This document shows positions 37,217 through 47,433 of a DNA stretch of 64,000 bases, piece by piece. The notes beneath the pieces were generated by a model that worked only from the letters and a program-made list of their open reading frames with translations, did not search any database and was not told where the DNA came from. The stretch is from Alphaproteobacteria bacterium (GTDB lineage Bacteria > Pseudomonadota > Alphaproteobacteria > JBFXJJ01), in the NCBI GenBank assembly GCA_050175015.1, contig JBFXJJ010000001.1, forward strand, positions 1-64,000, in the 5' to 3' direction. Positions within the stretch are counted from its first letter, which is position 1; each line of letters begins with the position of its first letter. The translations under genes were made by a program, and so were the position numbers.

Positions 37217-37322
37217 AAAAGCAAGATAAAAAGCTGTTGATGCTTTAAGTATTTATCTACAGACTTAAAAAAACTTGTGCTACCTTTTTTAGGTTAAATT
37301 TTTTATTGTAAAGGAGAAATAA

Positions 37323-38435
37323 ATGCTTATTGGTGTACCAAAAGAGATTAAAACTCACGAATATCGTGTTGGACTAACCCCTAATAGTGTTCGTGAATTG
37401 ATTGATAATGGTCATAGCGTTATTGTTGAAACCAATGCTGGAGCAGGCATTAATGCTAGCGATGAAGCATATATCAGTGCTGGAGCAAAAATTGCTGCTG
37501 ATGCAAAAGAAGTTTTTGCATCCGCTGATATGATTGTCAAAGTAAAAGAACCTCAGGCTGCTGAATGTCATATGTTAAGAAAAGACCAACTTCTCTTTAC
37601 ATATCTTCACCTTGCAGCTGACCCTAAACAAGCAGAACTTTTAAAAGAATCCAAATGTGTTGCTATTGCTTACGAAACCGTTACCGATGCTAAAGGCGGT
37701 CTCCCTCTGCTCGCTCCTATGAGTGAAGTTGCTGGACGTATGTCAATTCAAGCCGGCGCTCACTGTTTAGAAAAAAATCAAGGTGGCTGTGGCGTTCTTC
37801 TAGGTGGTGTTCCTGGCGTAAAAGCTGCTAAAGTTGTTATCTTAGGTGGCGGTGTTGTCGGAACCAATGCGGCAAGAATGGCAATGGGCTTAGAAGCAAA
37901 TGTAACCATTTTTGATAAATCTTTACCAAGACTTAGAGAGCTCGATGCTCAATTTGGTTCACGTATTACGACCCTATACTCAACTAATGCTGCGATTGAA
38001 AATGAAGTTTATGAAGCTGACTTAGTAATAGGTGCCGTTCTTATCCCTGGAGATTCAGCTCCTAAACTTGTAAATCGTAATATGCTTAAAAAAATGAAAA
38101 AAGGAGCGGTTGTAGTTGATGTTGCTATCGACCAAGGCGGCTGCTTTGAAACAAGCCGTCCTACAACACACGATAACCCAACTTTCGTTGTTGATGATGT
38201 TGTCCACTACTGCGTTGCTAATATGCCTGGAGCAGTTGCTAGAACATCTACTTATGCTCTTAACAATGCAACCCTGCCTTTTGTTGTTGAGCTTGCCAAC
38301 AAAGGCTATGAGAAAGCTTTAAAAGATAATAAACATCTTTTAAATGGTCTCAATGTTTACAAAGGCAAGATTACTTATGAAGGCGTCGCTCGTGCCTTAA
38401 ATGATACTTATACCGATCCTTCTAAATTACTTTAA
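37323..38435 (+). CDS. ald: Alanine dehydrogenase
   Basis: GVPKEIK.HEYRV, LLAPMSEVAGR, GGGVVG, DVAIDQGGC, YCVANMPG; AAGGAG SD. Confidence 0.96.
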   Translation: MLIGVPKEIKTHEYRVGLTPNSVRELIDNGHSVIVETNAGAGINASDEAYISAGAKIAADAKEVFASADMIVKVKEPQAAECHMLRKDQLLFTYLHLAADPKQAELLKESKCVAIAYETVTDAKGGLPLLAPMSEVAGRMSIQAGAHCLEKNQGGCGVLLGGVPGVKAAKVVILGGGVVGTNAARMAMGLEANVTIFDKSLPRLRELDAQFGSRITTLYSTNAAIENEVYEADLVIGAVLIPGDSAPKLVNRNMLKKMKKGAVVVDVAIDQGGCFETSRPTTHDNPTFVVDDVVHYCVANMPGAVARTSTYALNNATLPFVVELANKGYEKALKDNKHLLNGLNVYKGKITYEGVARALNDTYTDPSKLL

Positions 38436-38443
38436 AGCAAAAC

Positions 38444-38528
38444 AAAGCCATAATTCCAACTGTCCCAAAAGAGATTGCAGTAACAAATTGCAGTTTGAAG
38501 AAACGAACAAGAGGAGTTATGGCTTTTT
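38444..38528. other. 14-bp inverted repeat enclosing a 55-nt insert (terminator or structured RNA candidate)
   Basis: aaagccataattcc (38444-38457) pairs with ggagttatggcttt (38513-38526). Confidence 0.5.
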
Positions 38529-38583
38529 CTAAAGTGACTACTTAAAAAATAAAACTTTAAAGTCTAACTAAAAGAAATATGCT

Positions 38584-40461
38584 CTAAGGCTTATTTTTTT
38601 TAACGATGATTGGTTGGGTGTTTCTAATTCGCCCAACTAAAACATCAATTAGGCGACGTATAACAGGATCATTTTGCTCTAATTTTATCAGCCTGTTTTT
38701 AAATTCAATATCTGGGATAACAGTTATTTCTGTTTTGCCAATAGCTTTGGCTGAAGCCATTCTTGGCTTATCATCAATAATAGCCATTTCTCCAAAAATA
38801 TCACCTCTTTTTAAAACCGCTATGCGTCTTGCTTTTTTATAAATTTCCACATTACCATAAACAATTAAAAAAGCCTCTATTCCGATATCTCCTTCATTAA
38901 AAATAACATCGCCATTTTCAAAAATTCTTCTTTCGAAAGATGAAACTCTTGGTGTTTGATTAGTTTCAAAATGATTAATTTGAGATACCTTTTCGTCAGC
39001 TGTCTTTTTAGATTTAGAATTAAGTAATTCGTCAAAATGCTGAAGATGCTTTTGTTTCTTAGAACTTGGTATTTTTAAACTTGGCAAAAGATTAGTTAGG
39101 TTCATTAATGCTCTGACGGCATTAATTTTTAGAACATCCCCTTTTATCATATCATCTATGGTTTGCCATTTTTGTGTAATTTCTTGAATACCAGAATTAA
39201 TTATATCTGCATTCTTTTCATAAATAGAGCCATCTGTTAAGTTAAATAGATAAAAAATACGAGCTATCTCTGATGGCAGAAGATTCAATATTGTCTTAAT
39301 TGCATTACTAAAATCGTTGTCATCCGAAAAATTAATATGTTGAATCCTTCTTGTTAAGGATTCCGCAATCATGCCGCCACCAATCAAATTATCCAGATAA
39401 ACAAGCTCTTTAATAATCAGAGAAATAAAAGATATTTCTGAAGCCTTAGTTTCCTGAGTTATGGAATCTGTTTTTCTAATAATATTATTAATCTTTTTTA
39501 TAATGGCTTTTTTTAAAAGCTCCGGCTCTTTACTAGCAATAAAGGCATTGATATCAGCAAGATGTGACGGATCTTTTTCTTGAGGAACATAATTGCCCTT
39601 ATAAAGATTAATTAAGGCCAAAAGATAAGATCCTCTGTCTTCTTTTTTATCTATTATCTCAAAACAAGCCTTATCGCTTTCAAAAATTTCATTTAATAAC
39701 TCATCTATGTAATGAATATCTAATTCATCAACATCTGGTTTTACAAGATTGAGCAATAAAATTGTTTTTTCAGTCCATGAATTAGCATAGCTTAGATACG
39801 ATGCTAAAGAGTTATATATTGCAAATTCCTGAGCCTTAGGATTAACACTTTTTCTGATTTCAATAAGCGTTTTAGCAAATCCAAGTTTAGCAAGATACGG
39901 ATAATAATCTTTTATCTTCTTTATTTTTTCTTGCAAAACAGGAATATTGTCTAAGATATTGATAAAGTTTGCTTTTATTTTTTCTTGGGGCGTTTTATGG
40001 GTTTTGCTGTAAAGGTAGGAAATATCATCTAACCCCTGTTCTACCAAATTATTATTACTCATCAACTGCCTAAATCTAGAATTTAGAAACAAGATTTCAG
40101 TTACGGTAATTTTGTAATCATCAAGATAATCTCTTAAGATTTTAGATAAAAATAATTTGGCTTCAAGTTGATAGAAATCATTTACAGATTCACAGTAAGT
40201 GTGAAGTTCAGAACTATAGTCAGATAAATGCTTTGCCGCATCTTGTTCTGGTCGGCACTCAAAAATAATTCTTTCTTTTTTAGCATTGCCCCCTAATAGC
40301 TGCGTTTCAATAACTCTCAAAGCTTTTGGCTTTTTTTCTACGTCTTTAGCTAATTGAACTGCAACGTTTAAGGCATCATCCTGAGTTCCAAAACTTTTAC
40401 GTTTTTCCCATTTAGCATCAACATTTATAAATAAGTCATAACTAATGTTTCCTGTAGACAC
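38584..40461 (-). CDS. Protein with C-terminal cyclic-nucleotide-binding domain
   Basis: IFNEGDIG...GDIFGEMAII...PRMASA cNMP motif; large helical N-terminal part unassigned; GTG start with AGGGG SD. Confidence 0.85.
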   Translation of the reverse strand: MSTGNISYDLFINVDAKWEKRKSFGTQDDALNVAVQLAKDVEKKPKALRVIETQLLGGNAKKERIIFECRPEQDAAKHLSDYSSELHTYCESVNDFYQLEAKLFLSKILRDYLDDYKITVTEILFLNSRFRQLMSNNNLVEQGLDDISYLYSKTHKTPQEKIKANFINILDNIPVLQEKIKKIKDYYPYLAKLGFAKTLIEIRKSVNPKAQEFAIYNSLASYLSYANSWTEKTILLLNLVKPDVDELDIHYIDELLNEIFESDKACFEIIDKKEDRGSYLLALINLYKGNYVPQEKDPSHLADINAFIASKEPELLKKAIIKKINNIIRKTDSITQETKASEISFISLIIKELVYLDNLIGGGMIAESLTRRIQHINFSDDNDFSNAIKTILNLLPSEIARIFYLFNLTDGSIYEKNADIINSGIQEITQKWQTIDDMIKGDVLKINAVRALMNLTNLLPSLKIPSSKKQKHLQHFDELLNSKSKKTADEKVSQINHFETNQTPRVSSFERRIFENGDVIFNEGDIGIEAFLIVYGNVEIYKKARRIAVLKRGDIFGEMAIIDDKPRMASAKAIGKTEITVIPDIEFKNRLIKLEQNDPVIRRLIDVLVGRIRNTQPIIVKKNKP

Positions 40462-40542
40462 TATATAATCCCCTCTTTATTATTTTTTGCTTATATAATC
40501 CACACTTTTCCATTACTTTACGTTATGAACCTAAAGATATGC

Positions 40543-43431
40543 TTAATTTTTTAAAAAATTTTTGTATATCTTAACAATTTCCTCGGATAGTGTCTTTATT
40601 TGGCTTCTCAGGTCCTCAAATGTTGCTTTTTTAGAAACAATTAGACTTAGTTTTTCTTTTAATCCTTTTGAGAAATTATTTTCATCAGTGTCGCCATCAA
40701 CTGTCAGACTAAGAATTCCTTGTATTGATAGCCAAAAACTATAGGCATCATTTAAAAGCACAGATGTTTCATTACTGATTATACTTGACTTAGACATTGC
40801 TATTAATGCTTCTGATGTTTTGGGAATAAGAATTTCTGGGTAATCTGCACCATAAGCTAACTTTAAATATTGAACGATAAATTCGATATCTACCATACCG
40901 CCTGGCATATATTTAATTCCAAAAGGCGGATTTGGTTTGTGTGTTTCTGCTATTTTTAAGCGCATACCATCAATTTTTGATACCAATTCAGTCTTATCTC
41001 TTGGCTGCGATAAAATTGTTTTAATACTCTGGTTTATCTTATCGATGAGCTCTTGATCGCCGCATATAACACGAGCCCTAGTTAAGGCTTGATGCTCCCA
41101 AATCCAAGCATCATTGGTTTGATATTTCACAAAAGCCTCTAAACTCGTAGCCAAAGGCCCAGCATTACCAGAAGGTCTAAGCCTCATATCAATATCCCAA
41201 AGCTTGCCTTCTGCGGTCATAACATTAAGCGCATTAGTAAAACGCATTGTCCATTTAGTAAAATAATTTGACGCCGCAAGAGAGATGTTTCCCCCTTCGG
41301 AAGCAGAATTAATATCATCTGTTTCATAGATTACAATTAAATCTAAATCGGATTTAGGACCCATTTCCTCAGAACCTGCTTTGCCTAAGGCTAAAATAGC
41401 AAGTTTAGAATTAGTAATCTTTCCAAATTTTGCAACAAATTCTTTTAGAACCTGTGGCATCAACTCTGAAACAATAACATCGGCTAATTTAGAGCATTCT
41501 CTGCCGAAAGTCTCACCGTCAATAATATTTTCAAACAACTGAACTTGGAGCTGAAACAAACGATATTTTTTAAACCTGCGAAAAACATCTAATGTCTGTT
41601 CAAAACTATCTACTACATTTAAAAGGCGCTTAACTTCCGTCATTAAAACATCTTTATCAGGAAGTGGTGCAAAAAAATCAGGTTCAATAATGTTATCTAA
41701 AAGCTCGGGCTTCTTCTGCAGTTCTTTTGAAATGCTCGGGGCATCACCCATAATTTTTGCTACCAGATTAAATAAACTTGGGTTCGCCTTAAATAAATAA
41801 AACAACTGAACACCAGCAGGCTGGGCATATAAAAATTCATCAAATCTCATAAATGCCGTATCAGGATTAGATGTATCACTTAGGGCATTTAAGAGGCTTG
41901 GCAAACACTCTAAAAGCAGCTCTTTGGCTTTAGCGGTTCTTGTCGCCCTTGGGTGCCCCGCAAGCCAATCACTAATACGGTTGAATATAACCGTATTATT
42001 GCTAAAGCCCATTTCTGCTAACTTTTCTATTGTTTCGGAATTAACAAAATTTCCTTCAAAAACAAGTTTAGAAACATCTTTTTTCTCAGACGTTTCGTTA
42101 AAAAGATTAGTAAAATAGTTTTCAACTGTCATTAGGTTGTTTTTAACTTCATTACAAAAATCTTCTTTATCGTTAAAGCCGCAAAAAAGAGCCATTTTAT
42201 GAAAATCTTCTTCATTCTTAGGCAGCTCGTGCGTCTGTCTGTCTTCAACCATTTGAATCCGATGCTCAACCATTCTTAAAAACCGATAACACGCTTTTAA
42301 TTCTTCACTAGCTTCAGAAGCAACGTGTCCCGTTTCGCTAAGAATATCTAAAGATTTACAGGTTTCACGATTTTGTAAAACAGGATTTCTACCACCCCAT
42401 ATTAACTGTTGCGATTGCGCATAAAACTCTATTTCCCGAATGCCGCCTCGCCCTAATTTGACATTGTAGCCCAAAAGGCTTTCTTTATAATTTTTACTAT
42501 GAAGGTTTAGAATCTGCCCCTTAATCGTATGAATATCTTGAATTGCTTTAAAATCTAAACTTTTACGCCAAACAAATGGTTTGATATGTTTTAAAAATAA
42601 ATTGCCTGCTTCAATATCACCGGCAACAGGACGAGCTTTAATCATTGCCGCTCTTTCCCAGTTTTGACCAAAACTTTCATAATACGTTTCAGCCGCAGAT
42701 ACCGACATTGCAACAGGTGTCGAATTAGGGTCTGGCCGGAGCCTTAGATCTGTTCTGAAGACATAACCATTAGGTGTTCTTTCCTGCATTATTGCTATTA
42801 AACTTTTGGTTAAGTTATTATAAAAAGCTTTAGCATCAAGATTGCCTTTATAAATTATTTTTTTATCATCAAATAAGATTATCAAATCTATATCAGAAGA
42901 ATAATTTAGCTCATATGCCCCTAGTTTTCCCATTCCAATAATGATATAGCCTGAATTCTCTAAAGCAATCTCTTCTATTTTTCCTTCTTTAAAGCTCGTA
43001 TAAAACAAAAAACGACAAGCTGTATCTAACGTCTTTTCGGCTGTTATAGTAAGCGCTTTGGTAACATTTTCTAATTCCCAAAAGCCCGAAATATCTGCCA
43101 ATGCTATAACTAAAGATAACTTTTTCTTAAAAATTCTTAGATCCTGCTTAATCTTATTCAGATCTATTTTAGAAACATCATAATTTGATAGTGCCAAAAT
43201 CTCTTCTTCAAAAACAATTTCGGGAGTTTTTGTAATTATGTTTTGGAAAAAATCAGGATAATCACATATTATCTGAGACAAGTATGAGCTATTGCCAAAA
43301 ATAGATTTTAAGAAATCTCTAGCTTCATTATCAAGACTAGAAATAAAATCTGAGTTTAGTTTTGCCCAATACAATTCACAAAGGCTGTCATTAAACACTT
43401 TAGGAAATTGTTTTATATTGTGATTAAACAT
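40543..43431 (-). CDS. glnE: Glutamine synthetase adenylyltransferase GlnE
   Basis: MGKLGAYELNYSSDIDL, DLRLRP, WERAAMIKAR, VKLGRGGIREIEF; second NT domain SDLDL...DMRLRPSG. Confidence 0.95.
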   Translation of the reverse strand: MFNHNIKQFPKVFNDSLCELYWAKLNSDFISSLDNEARDFLKSIFGNSSYLSQIICDYPDFFQNIITKTPEIVFEEEILALSNYDVSKIDLNKIKQDLRIFKKKLSLVIALADISGFWELENVTKALTITAEKTLDTACRFLFYTSFKEGKIEEIALENSGYIIIGMGKLGAYELNYSSDIDLIILFDDKKIIYKGNLDAKAFYNNLTKSLIAIMQERTPNGYVFRTDLRLRPDPNSTPVAMSVSAAETYYESFGQNWERAAMIKARPVAGDIEAGNLFLKHIKPFVWRKSLDFKAIQDIHTIKGQILNLHSKNYKESLLGYNVKLGRGGIREIEFYAQSQQLIWGGRNPVLQNRETCKSLDILSETGHVASEASEELKACYRFLRMVEHRIQMVEDRQTHELPKNEEDFHKMALFCGFNDKEDFCNEVKNNLMTVENYFTNLFNETSEKKDVSKLVFEGNFVNSETIEKLAEMGFSNNTVIFNRISDWLAGHPRATRTAKAKELLLECLPSLLNALSDTSNPDTAFMRFDEFLYAQPAGVQLFYLFKANPSLFNLVAKIMGDAPSISKELQKKPELLDNIIEPDFFAPLPDKDVLMTEVKRLLNVVDSFEQTLDVFRRFKKYRLFQLQVQLFENIIDGETFGRECSKLADVIVSELMPQVLKEFVAKFGKITNSKLAILALGKAGSEEMGPKSDLDLIVIYETDDINSASEGGNISLAASNYFTKWTMRFTNALNVMTAEGKLWDIDMRLRPSGNAGPLATSLEAFVKYQTNDAWIWEHQALTRARVICGDQELIDKINQSIKTILSQPRDKTELVSKIDGMRLKIAETHKPNPPFGIKYMPGGMVDIEFIVQYLKLAYGADYPEILIPKTSEALIAMSKSSIISNETSVLLNDAYSFWLSIQGILSLTVDGDTDENNFSKGLKEKLSLIVSKKATFEDLRSQIKTLSEEIVKIYKNFLKN

Positions 43432-43484
43432 TTTTTATCTCATTTTTAAGTATATTTTTTTAGCCAAGGCTATACAATAACGAT

Positions 43485-46400
43485 ATGCTGATATTAAATC
43501 AAAAAATAAAAAAGTCTTTATTATTTACAGTAGATACCATTGGTATTTTGGTAGTCTTTACTGTGGCTTTCTTTTTTTGGAGATTGTATCAAGGATCGAT
43601 TAATGCTGATTTTCTAAAGCCTTATATTATCCACTCAATATCATCAGATAAAATTCCTTTTAACTTTGACATTGCAAATGTTGAGCTGGAATGGGGAAAA
43701 GATAAAAGACTGATTGATATTACGGCAACCGAGTTAACCATAACTGATAAAGAGGATAATACCTGGGTTGTACTTCCGAAAATTGCTATAGCTCTTAGCT
43801 TAAAAAATATTTTTAACGGAGAAATAACGCCTCATCTAATTGATATTATCTCCCCGCTCGTTAGAATTTATCACGAAAATGATAATAGCTTTAGTTTTAC
43901 AATTGGTGAAAAAACCTCTTCAAATCAATCTAAAAAAATGACATTACAAGAGATATCTGCCTTATTTGGTGGATTTCTTGATAAGAGCAGCTCAGAACAA
44001 TTCAAGCAAAAAAATTTGGACTTTATTAAGATTTCTCACGCTGAGCTTGATTTTATTGACTTGGCTAAGAATAGAAATATTAATTTTAAGGATTTTTCTT
44101 TTGATTTTTCAAAAGACTATAATGTTTTTGCTCTCACATTGAATTTTAACACTGAGTTTTTGGGACAAAATAGCTTCGCTCAAACTAAAATCTTCTTAGA
44201 TACCAAAAAAGAAGACACCTCTTTTATTTTTAATTTTAACAACTTTAACCCATCTTATTTCTCAGAATTTTTTCCTGAATTTAAACGAGTAGCTTTTCCT
44301 ATAAACGGTTCGATCTCTCTTGATGCCAAAACAGCTTTTCTTGAAAATATCTTTACTAATAATGACAACAATATTCCTTACTTAAGTTTTTTCAAAGAAG
44401 ATACTATTAAAAATGTTAAATTCGATATCAAAGGAAAAACAGGAATTTTAAACCTTCCTGCTCCCATATCTAATCAATATATGATTTATTCCTTAAATGC
44501 TAAAGGTTCAGCCTTTAATTTAAATAAAATATCATTTAACACTATTGATGTTAAATCTGGAGAAACCAAAGCTTCAATATCTGGTGATGTTACTAATCTT
44601 GCACATAAAATCCTAAATAAAAATAGCAACATCGAACTTAATCTTAATGCTAAATTAGAAAAACTGGCTCTTGATAATTTAAAACAATACTGGCCTAAAA
44701 CAATTGGAACTAACGCTTGGCACTGGGTAACAACTAATTTAACAGATGGCATTATCAATTCGGCAGACTATAAAATATCTTTTGTTTTTACCCCAGAAAA
44801 AGCAGAAGTTAAAAAACTTGAAGGAATTGCCAATGTAAAAAAAGCTACCGTTAATTATCTAGATGGTATGCCTAAAATATCAAATGTTAACGGCGTGGTC
44901 TATTTTGCCGAAGATAAGATAAAAATTGATATCTCCCAAGGCAAAACCTATAGCCTAAATATAACCAAAGGCGATTTGTCTTTTTTCAATTTTAATGAGC
45001 CTATTCCTCAAGCCAAAATAGATTTAGATATAAAAGGCTCTTTAACTGATGCCTTAAAAGTTTCTGATAGTGAGCCATTAAATTTGATTTCAAAAATGGG
45101 ATTTAAAAATGAACAAGCAGGAACAGGCGATACTATTCTAAATTTAAAATTAGATTTCCCATTAAAGCACCATCTTAAGGGTGAAGAAGTAACTGTTAAC
45201 GTTGACGCTGATATTACTAATGCCTTTTTTCCTAAAGCCTTTGGCAAAAGTGATCTATCAAATGGCAGTCTACATCTTGCTATAGATAATAATGCTCTGA
45301 AAATAGATGGTACAGCTGAAATTTGGGACAAACTTAATGCTAGAATAAGCTGCACTGAAAACTTTTTTCCTGATAAAAACGGAATAAAGAGTTATAAAAC
45401 TGCGGGTTTTAATCTTACGGAAAACGACCGCAAAAGATTAAATCTTAATATTGTGCCTTTTGTTAAACCCTACTTTACTGGTGATTTTGGTGTTGAAATA
45501 GCATTAACAAATAAAAATAACGGCGAAAACTTTATTGGTTTAAAAGCTGATTTAGCAAATACAACAATATCGCTTCCTATGATTGGTTGGAATAAAAAAG
45601 CTCAAGATGTAGCTTCAGCTACCGTGTCTGGCCGCATTCTTGACAATGAAGACTTAGATATTTCAAGATTTACAATAACTTCTGGCAATGACTTTAACAT
45701 TCAGGGACGTTTTATTATTAAAGCTAAAGATAAAACCTTTAATAAAATCAATTTTTCCAAATTCATTGTTGGAAGAACTGATGCTAAAATTATTTTAGAA
45801 AAAACCAAAAATCTTATGAATATTAGTATTGCTGGCAATGCTTTTGACTTTAATCCTATCTTTAAAGATGCTATTGGATTTGGGGAAAAAGAAGCTATAA
45901 AACTGCCTGATATGAATATAAATGTTGCCGTAGAAAAAATGTGGGGCAGCTCCAAAGGCTTTATAAAAAACGTAGGAGCAATATTGAAACGCCAAAATGC
46001 AAAATGGCAGCATATAGAAGTAGCCGGAGATTTTGAAACGACGGAAAAAGTTTTAATAACTCTTCTTCCCGACAGCCAAAACGGGCTTAATCTCTCGATT
46101 GAAACCAATGATGCAGGATCCTTATTCAAGACCTTTGGTCTTTCTGAAAACATTAAATCAGGTTACTTAAGGCTTGAAGGCTATGCCGATAGTGATAACA
46201 AAATGCAAGGGTCTTTAAAAATGAAAGACTATCGACTTTTAGAAACGCCTCTTCTTGCTCGAATTTTAACTATGGCATCTTTAACAGGTTTTGCTGATTT
46301 ACTAAGCGGCGGCGGAATAACTTTTTCTCAGTTAGATTTTCCTTTTGTTTATGATAACGGTCTTCTAGAAATTAATGATGCCAAAACTTCAGGCAATTCC

Positions 46401-46670
46401 TTAGGAATAACAATCAACGGCATGGTAGATTTCAAAAAGAATGATATCAATTTAAAAGGCCTAATAGCTCCAGCATATGTTATCAGTAAAATAATCGGAA
46501 ATATCCCATGGATTGGAAAATTTCTAGTTGGTAAAGATAATGGCGGCGTTTTTGCTGTCAGCTACGATGTCAAAGGTGTCAAAAATAACCCAGAAATAAC
46601 CGTAAATCCTCTATCTGCCTTAGCTCCTGGATTTTTGAGAGATCTTTTTGGTAACATAATACCAAAATAA
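43485..46670 (+). CDS. YhdP/AsmA-like (DUF3971 + AsmA_2) envelope protein
   Basis: N-terminal TM WRLYQG, long beta-rich body, C-terminal G.IAPAY...IP.IG...VNPLSALAPGFLR. Confidence 0.85.
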   Translation: MLILNQKIKKSLLFTVDTIGILVVFTVAFFFWRLYQGSINADFLKPYIIHSISSDKIPFNFDIANVELEWGKDKRLIDITATELTITDKEDNTWVVLPKIAIALSLKNIFNGEITPHLIDIISPLVRIYHENDNSFSFTIGEKTSSNQSKKMTLQEISALFGGFLDKSSSEQFKQKNLDFIKISHAELDFIDLAKNRNINFKDFSFDFSKDYNVFALTLNFNTEFLGQNSFAQTKIFLDTKKEDTSFIFNFNNFNPSYFSEFFPEFKRVAFPINGSISLDAKTAFLENIFTNNDNNIPYLSFFKEDTIKNVKFDIKGKTGILNLPAPISNQYMIYSLNAKGSAFNLNKISFNTIDVKSGETKASISGDVTNLAHKILNKNSNIELNLNAKLEKLALDNLKQYWPKTIGTNAWHWVTTNLTDGIINSADYKISFVFTPEKAEVKKLEGIANVKKATVNYLDGMPKISNVNGVVYFAEDKIKIDISQGKTYSLNITKGDLSFFNFNEPIPQAKIDLDIKGSLTDALKVSDSEPLNLISKMGFKNEQAGTGDTILNLKLDFPLKHHLKGEEVTVNVDADITNAFFPKAFGKSDLSNGSLHLAIDNNALKIDGTAEIWDKLNARISCTENFFPDKNGIKSYKTAGFNLTENDRKRLNLNIVPFVKPYFTGDFGVEIALTNKNNGENFIGLKADLANTTISLPMIGWNKKAQDVASATVSGRILDNEDLDISRFTITSGNDFNIQGRFIIKAKDKTFNKINFSKFIVGRTDAKIILEKTKNLMNISIAGNAFDFNPIFKDAIGFGEKEAIKLPDMNINVAVEKMWGSSKGFIKNVGAILKRQNAKWQHIEVAGDFETTEKVLITLLPDSQNGLNLSIETNDAGSLFKTFGLSENIKSGYLRLEGYADSDNKMQGSLKMKDYRLLETPLLARILTMASLTGFADLLSGGGITFSQLDFPFVYDNGLLEINDAKTSGNSLGITINGMVDFKKNDINLKGLIAPAYVISKIIGNIPWIGKFLVGKDNGGVFAVSYDVKGVKNNPEITVNPLSALAPGFLRDLFGNIIPK

Positions 46671-46742
46671 AGTAAAAATGGCTCAAAACCTTTAATTATT
46701 CAACTATATTATTAATTTTTTATTAAATACATTAAAAAAATG

Positions 46743-46751
46743 TGGTATAAT
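46743..46751 (+). promoter_or_regulatory. Extended -10 promoter element
   Basis: TGgTATAAT ~60 nt upstream of the small ORF at 46810. Confidence 0.55.
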
Positions 46752-46809
46752 AAATAATTGTTAGAGAAAAGCATAGTTTTTTATTTTATGCTTTTAAGGA
46801 GTACTTATT

Positions 46810-47052
46810 ATGGTGATGTGTTGTTCAGTTTTTGCTTCTGGAGAAAGTTCCATTCTTGAACCTTCCCCAGTAGAAAGAGCACCTTTGGATATTCCACCAT
46901 ATAAACTACCATTCGACCCTCCCCCTAGAAAAAGGGACGAAAAGGCACCAGAATTGCCCAGTGCTGTTAGATTACCCCCTAACAGGGTTCCTTTGGAAGG
47001 TGTATATCCAATAATCTTTCCAACTGTTAAGATTCCTAATGGTATTAATTAG
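46810..47052 (+). CDS. Small Pro-rich hypothetical protein
   Basis: AAGGAG SD 8 nt before the ATG, upstream extended -10, downstream terminator. Confidence 0.55.
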   Translation: MVMCCSVFASGESSILEPSPVERAPLDIPPYKLPFDPPPRKRDEKAPELPSAVRLPPNRVPLEGVYPIIFPTVKIPNGIN

Positions 47053-47071
47053 TTTTAAAGATTGTAAATTT

Positions 47072-47104
47072 AAAGCCGCAAGTCTTTTATGATTTGCGGC
47101 TTTT
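47072..47104 (+). terminator. Intrinsic terminator
   Basis: aaagccgcaagtc...gatttgcggctttt. Confidence 0.8.
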
Positions 47105-47377
47105 CTCTATGCCTTATTTCATCTCAAAAACAATCTCATTAATTAAAGCAATATAAAATAATGCATAACCTCAGAGCTTACGTTATTTGATTGTAAGCAA
47201 ATTAGATTTTATATTTTTCCTGACAGCGAATAGACTGGCTAGTATGCCTTTAGTAAAAGTAATGCTTTTTATAAATAACGATATTATGAGAATTTCCTGC
47301 TTTAAAAAAACTCTATTTGCGAAACAACTTTCTAAATAAAGTCTTAAAAAAACAATTCTATGTTAACAGCCCAAAAA

Positions 47378-47414
47378 ACAAAAAGTGAGAAAGCAAAACC
47401 TTCTCACTTTTTGT
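47378..47414 (-). terminator. Terminator of the giant Cys-rich gene
   Basis: acaaaaagtgagaa...ttctcactttttgt stem 20 nt after the stop. Confidence 0.75.
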
Positions 47415-47433
47415 CATTATAGAAGCTTATGTT

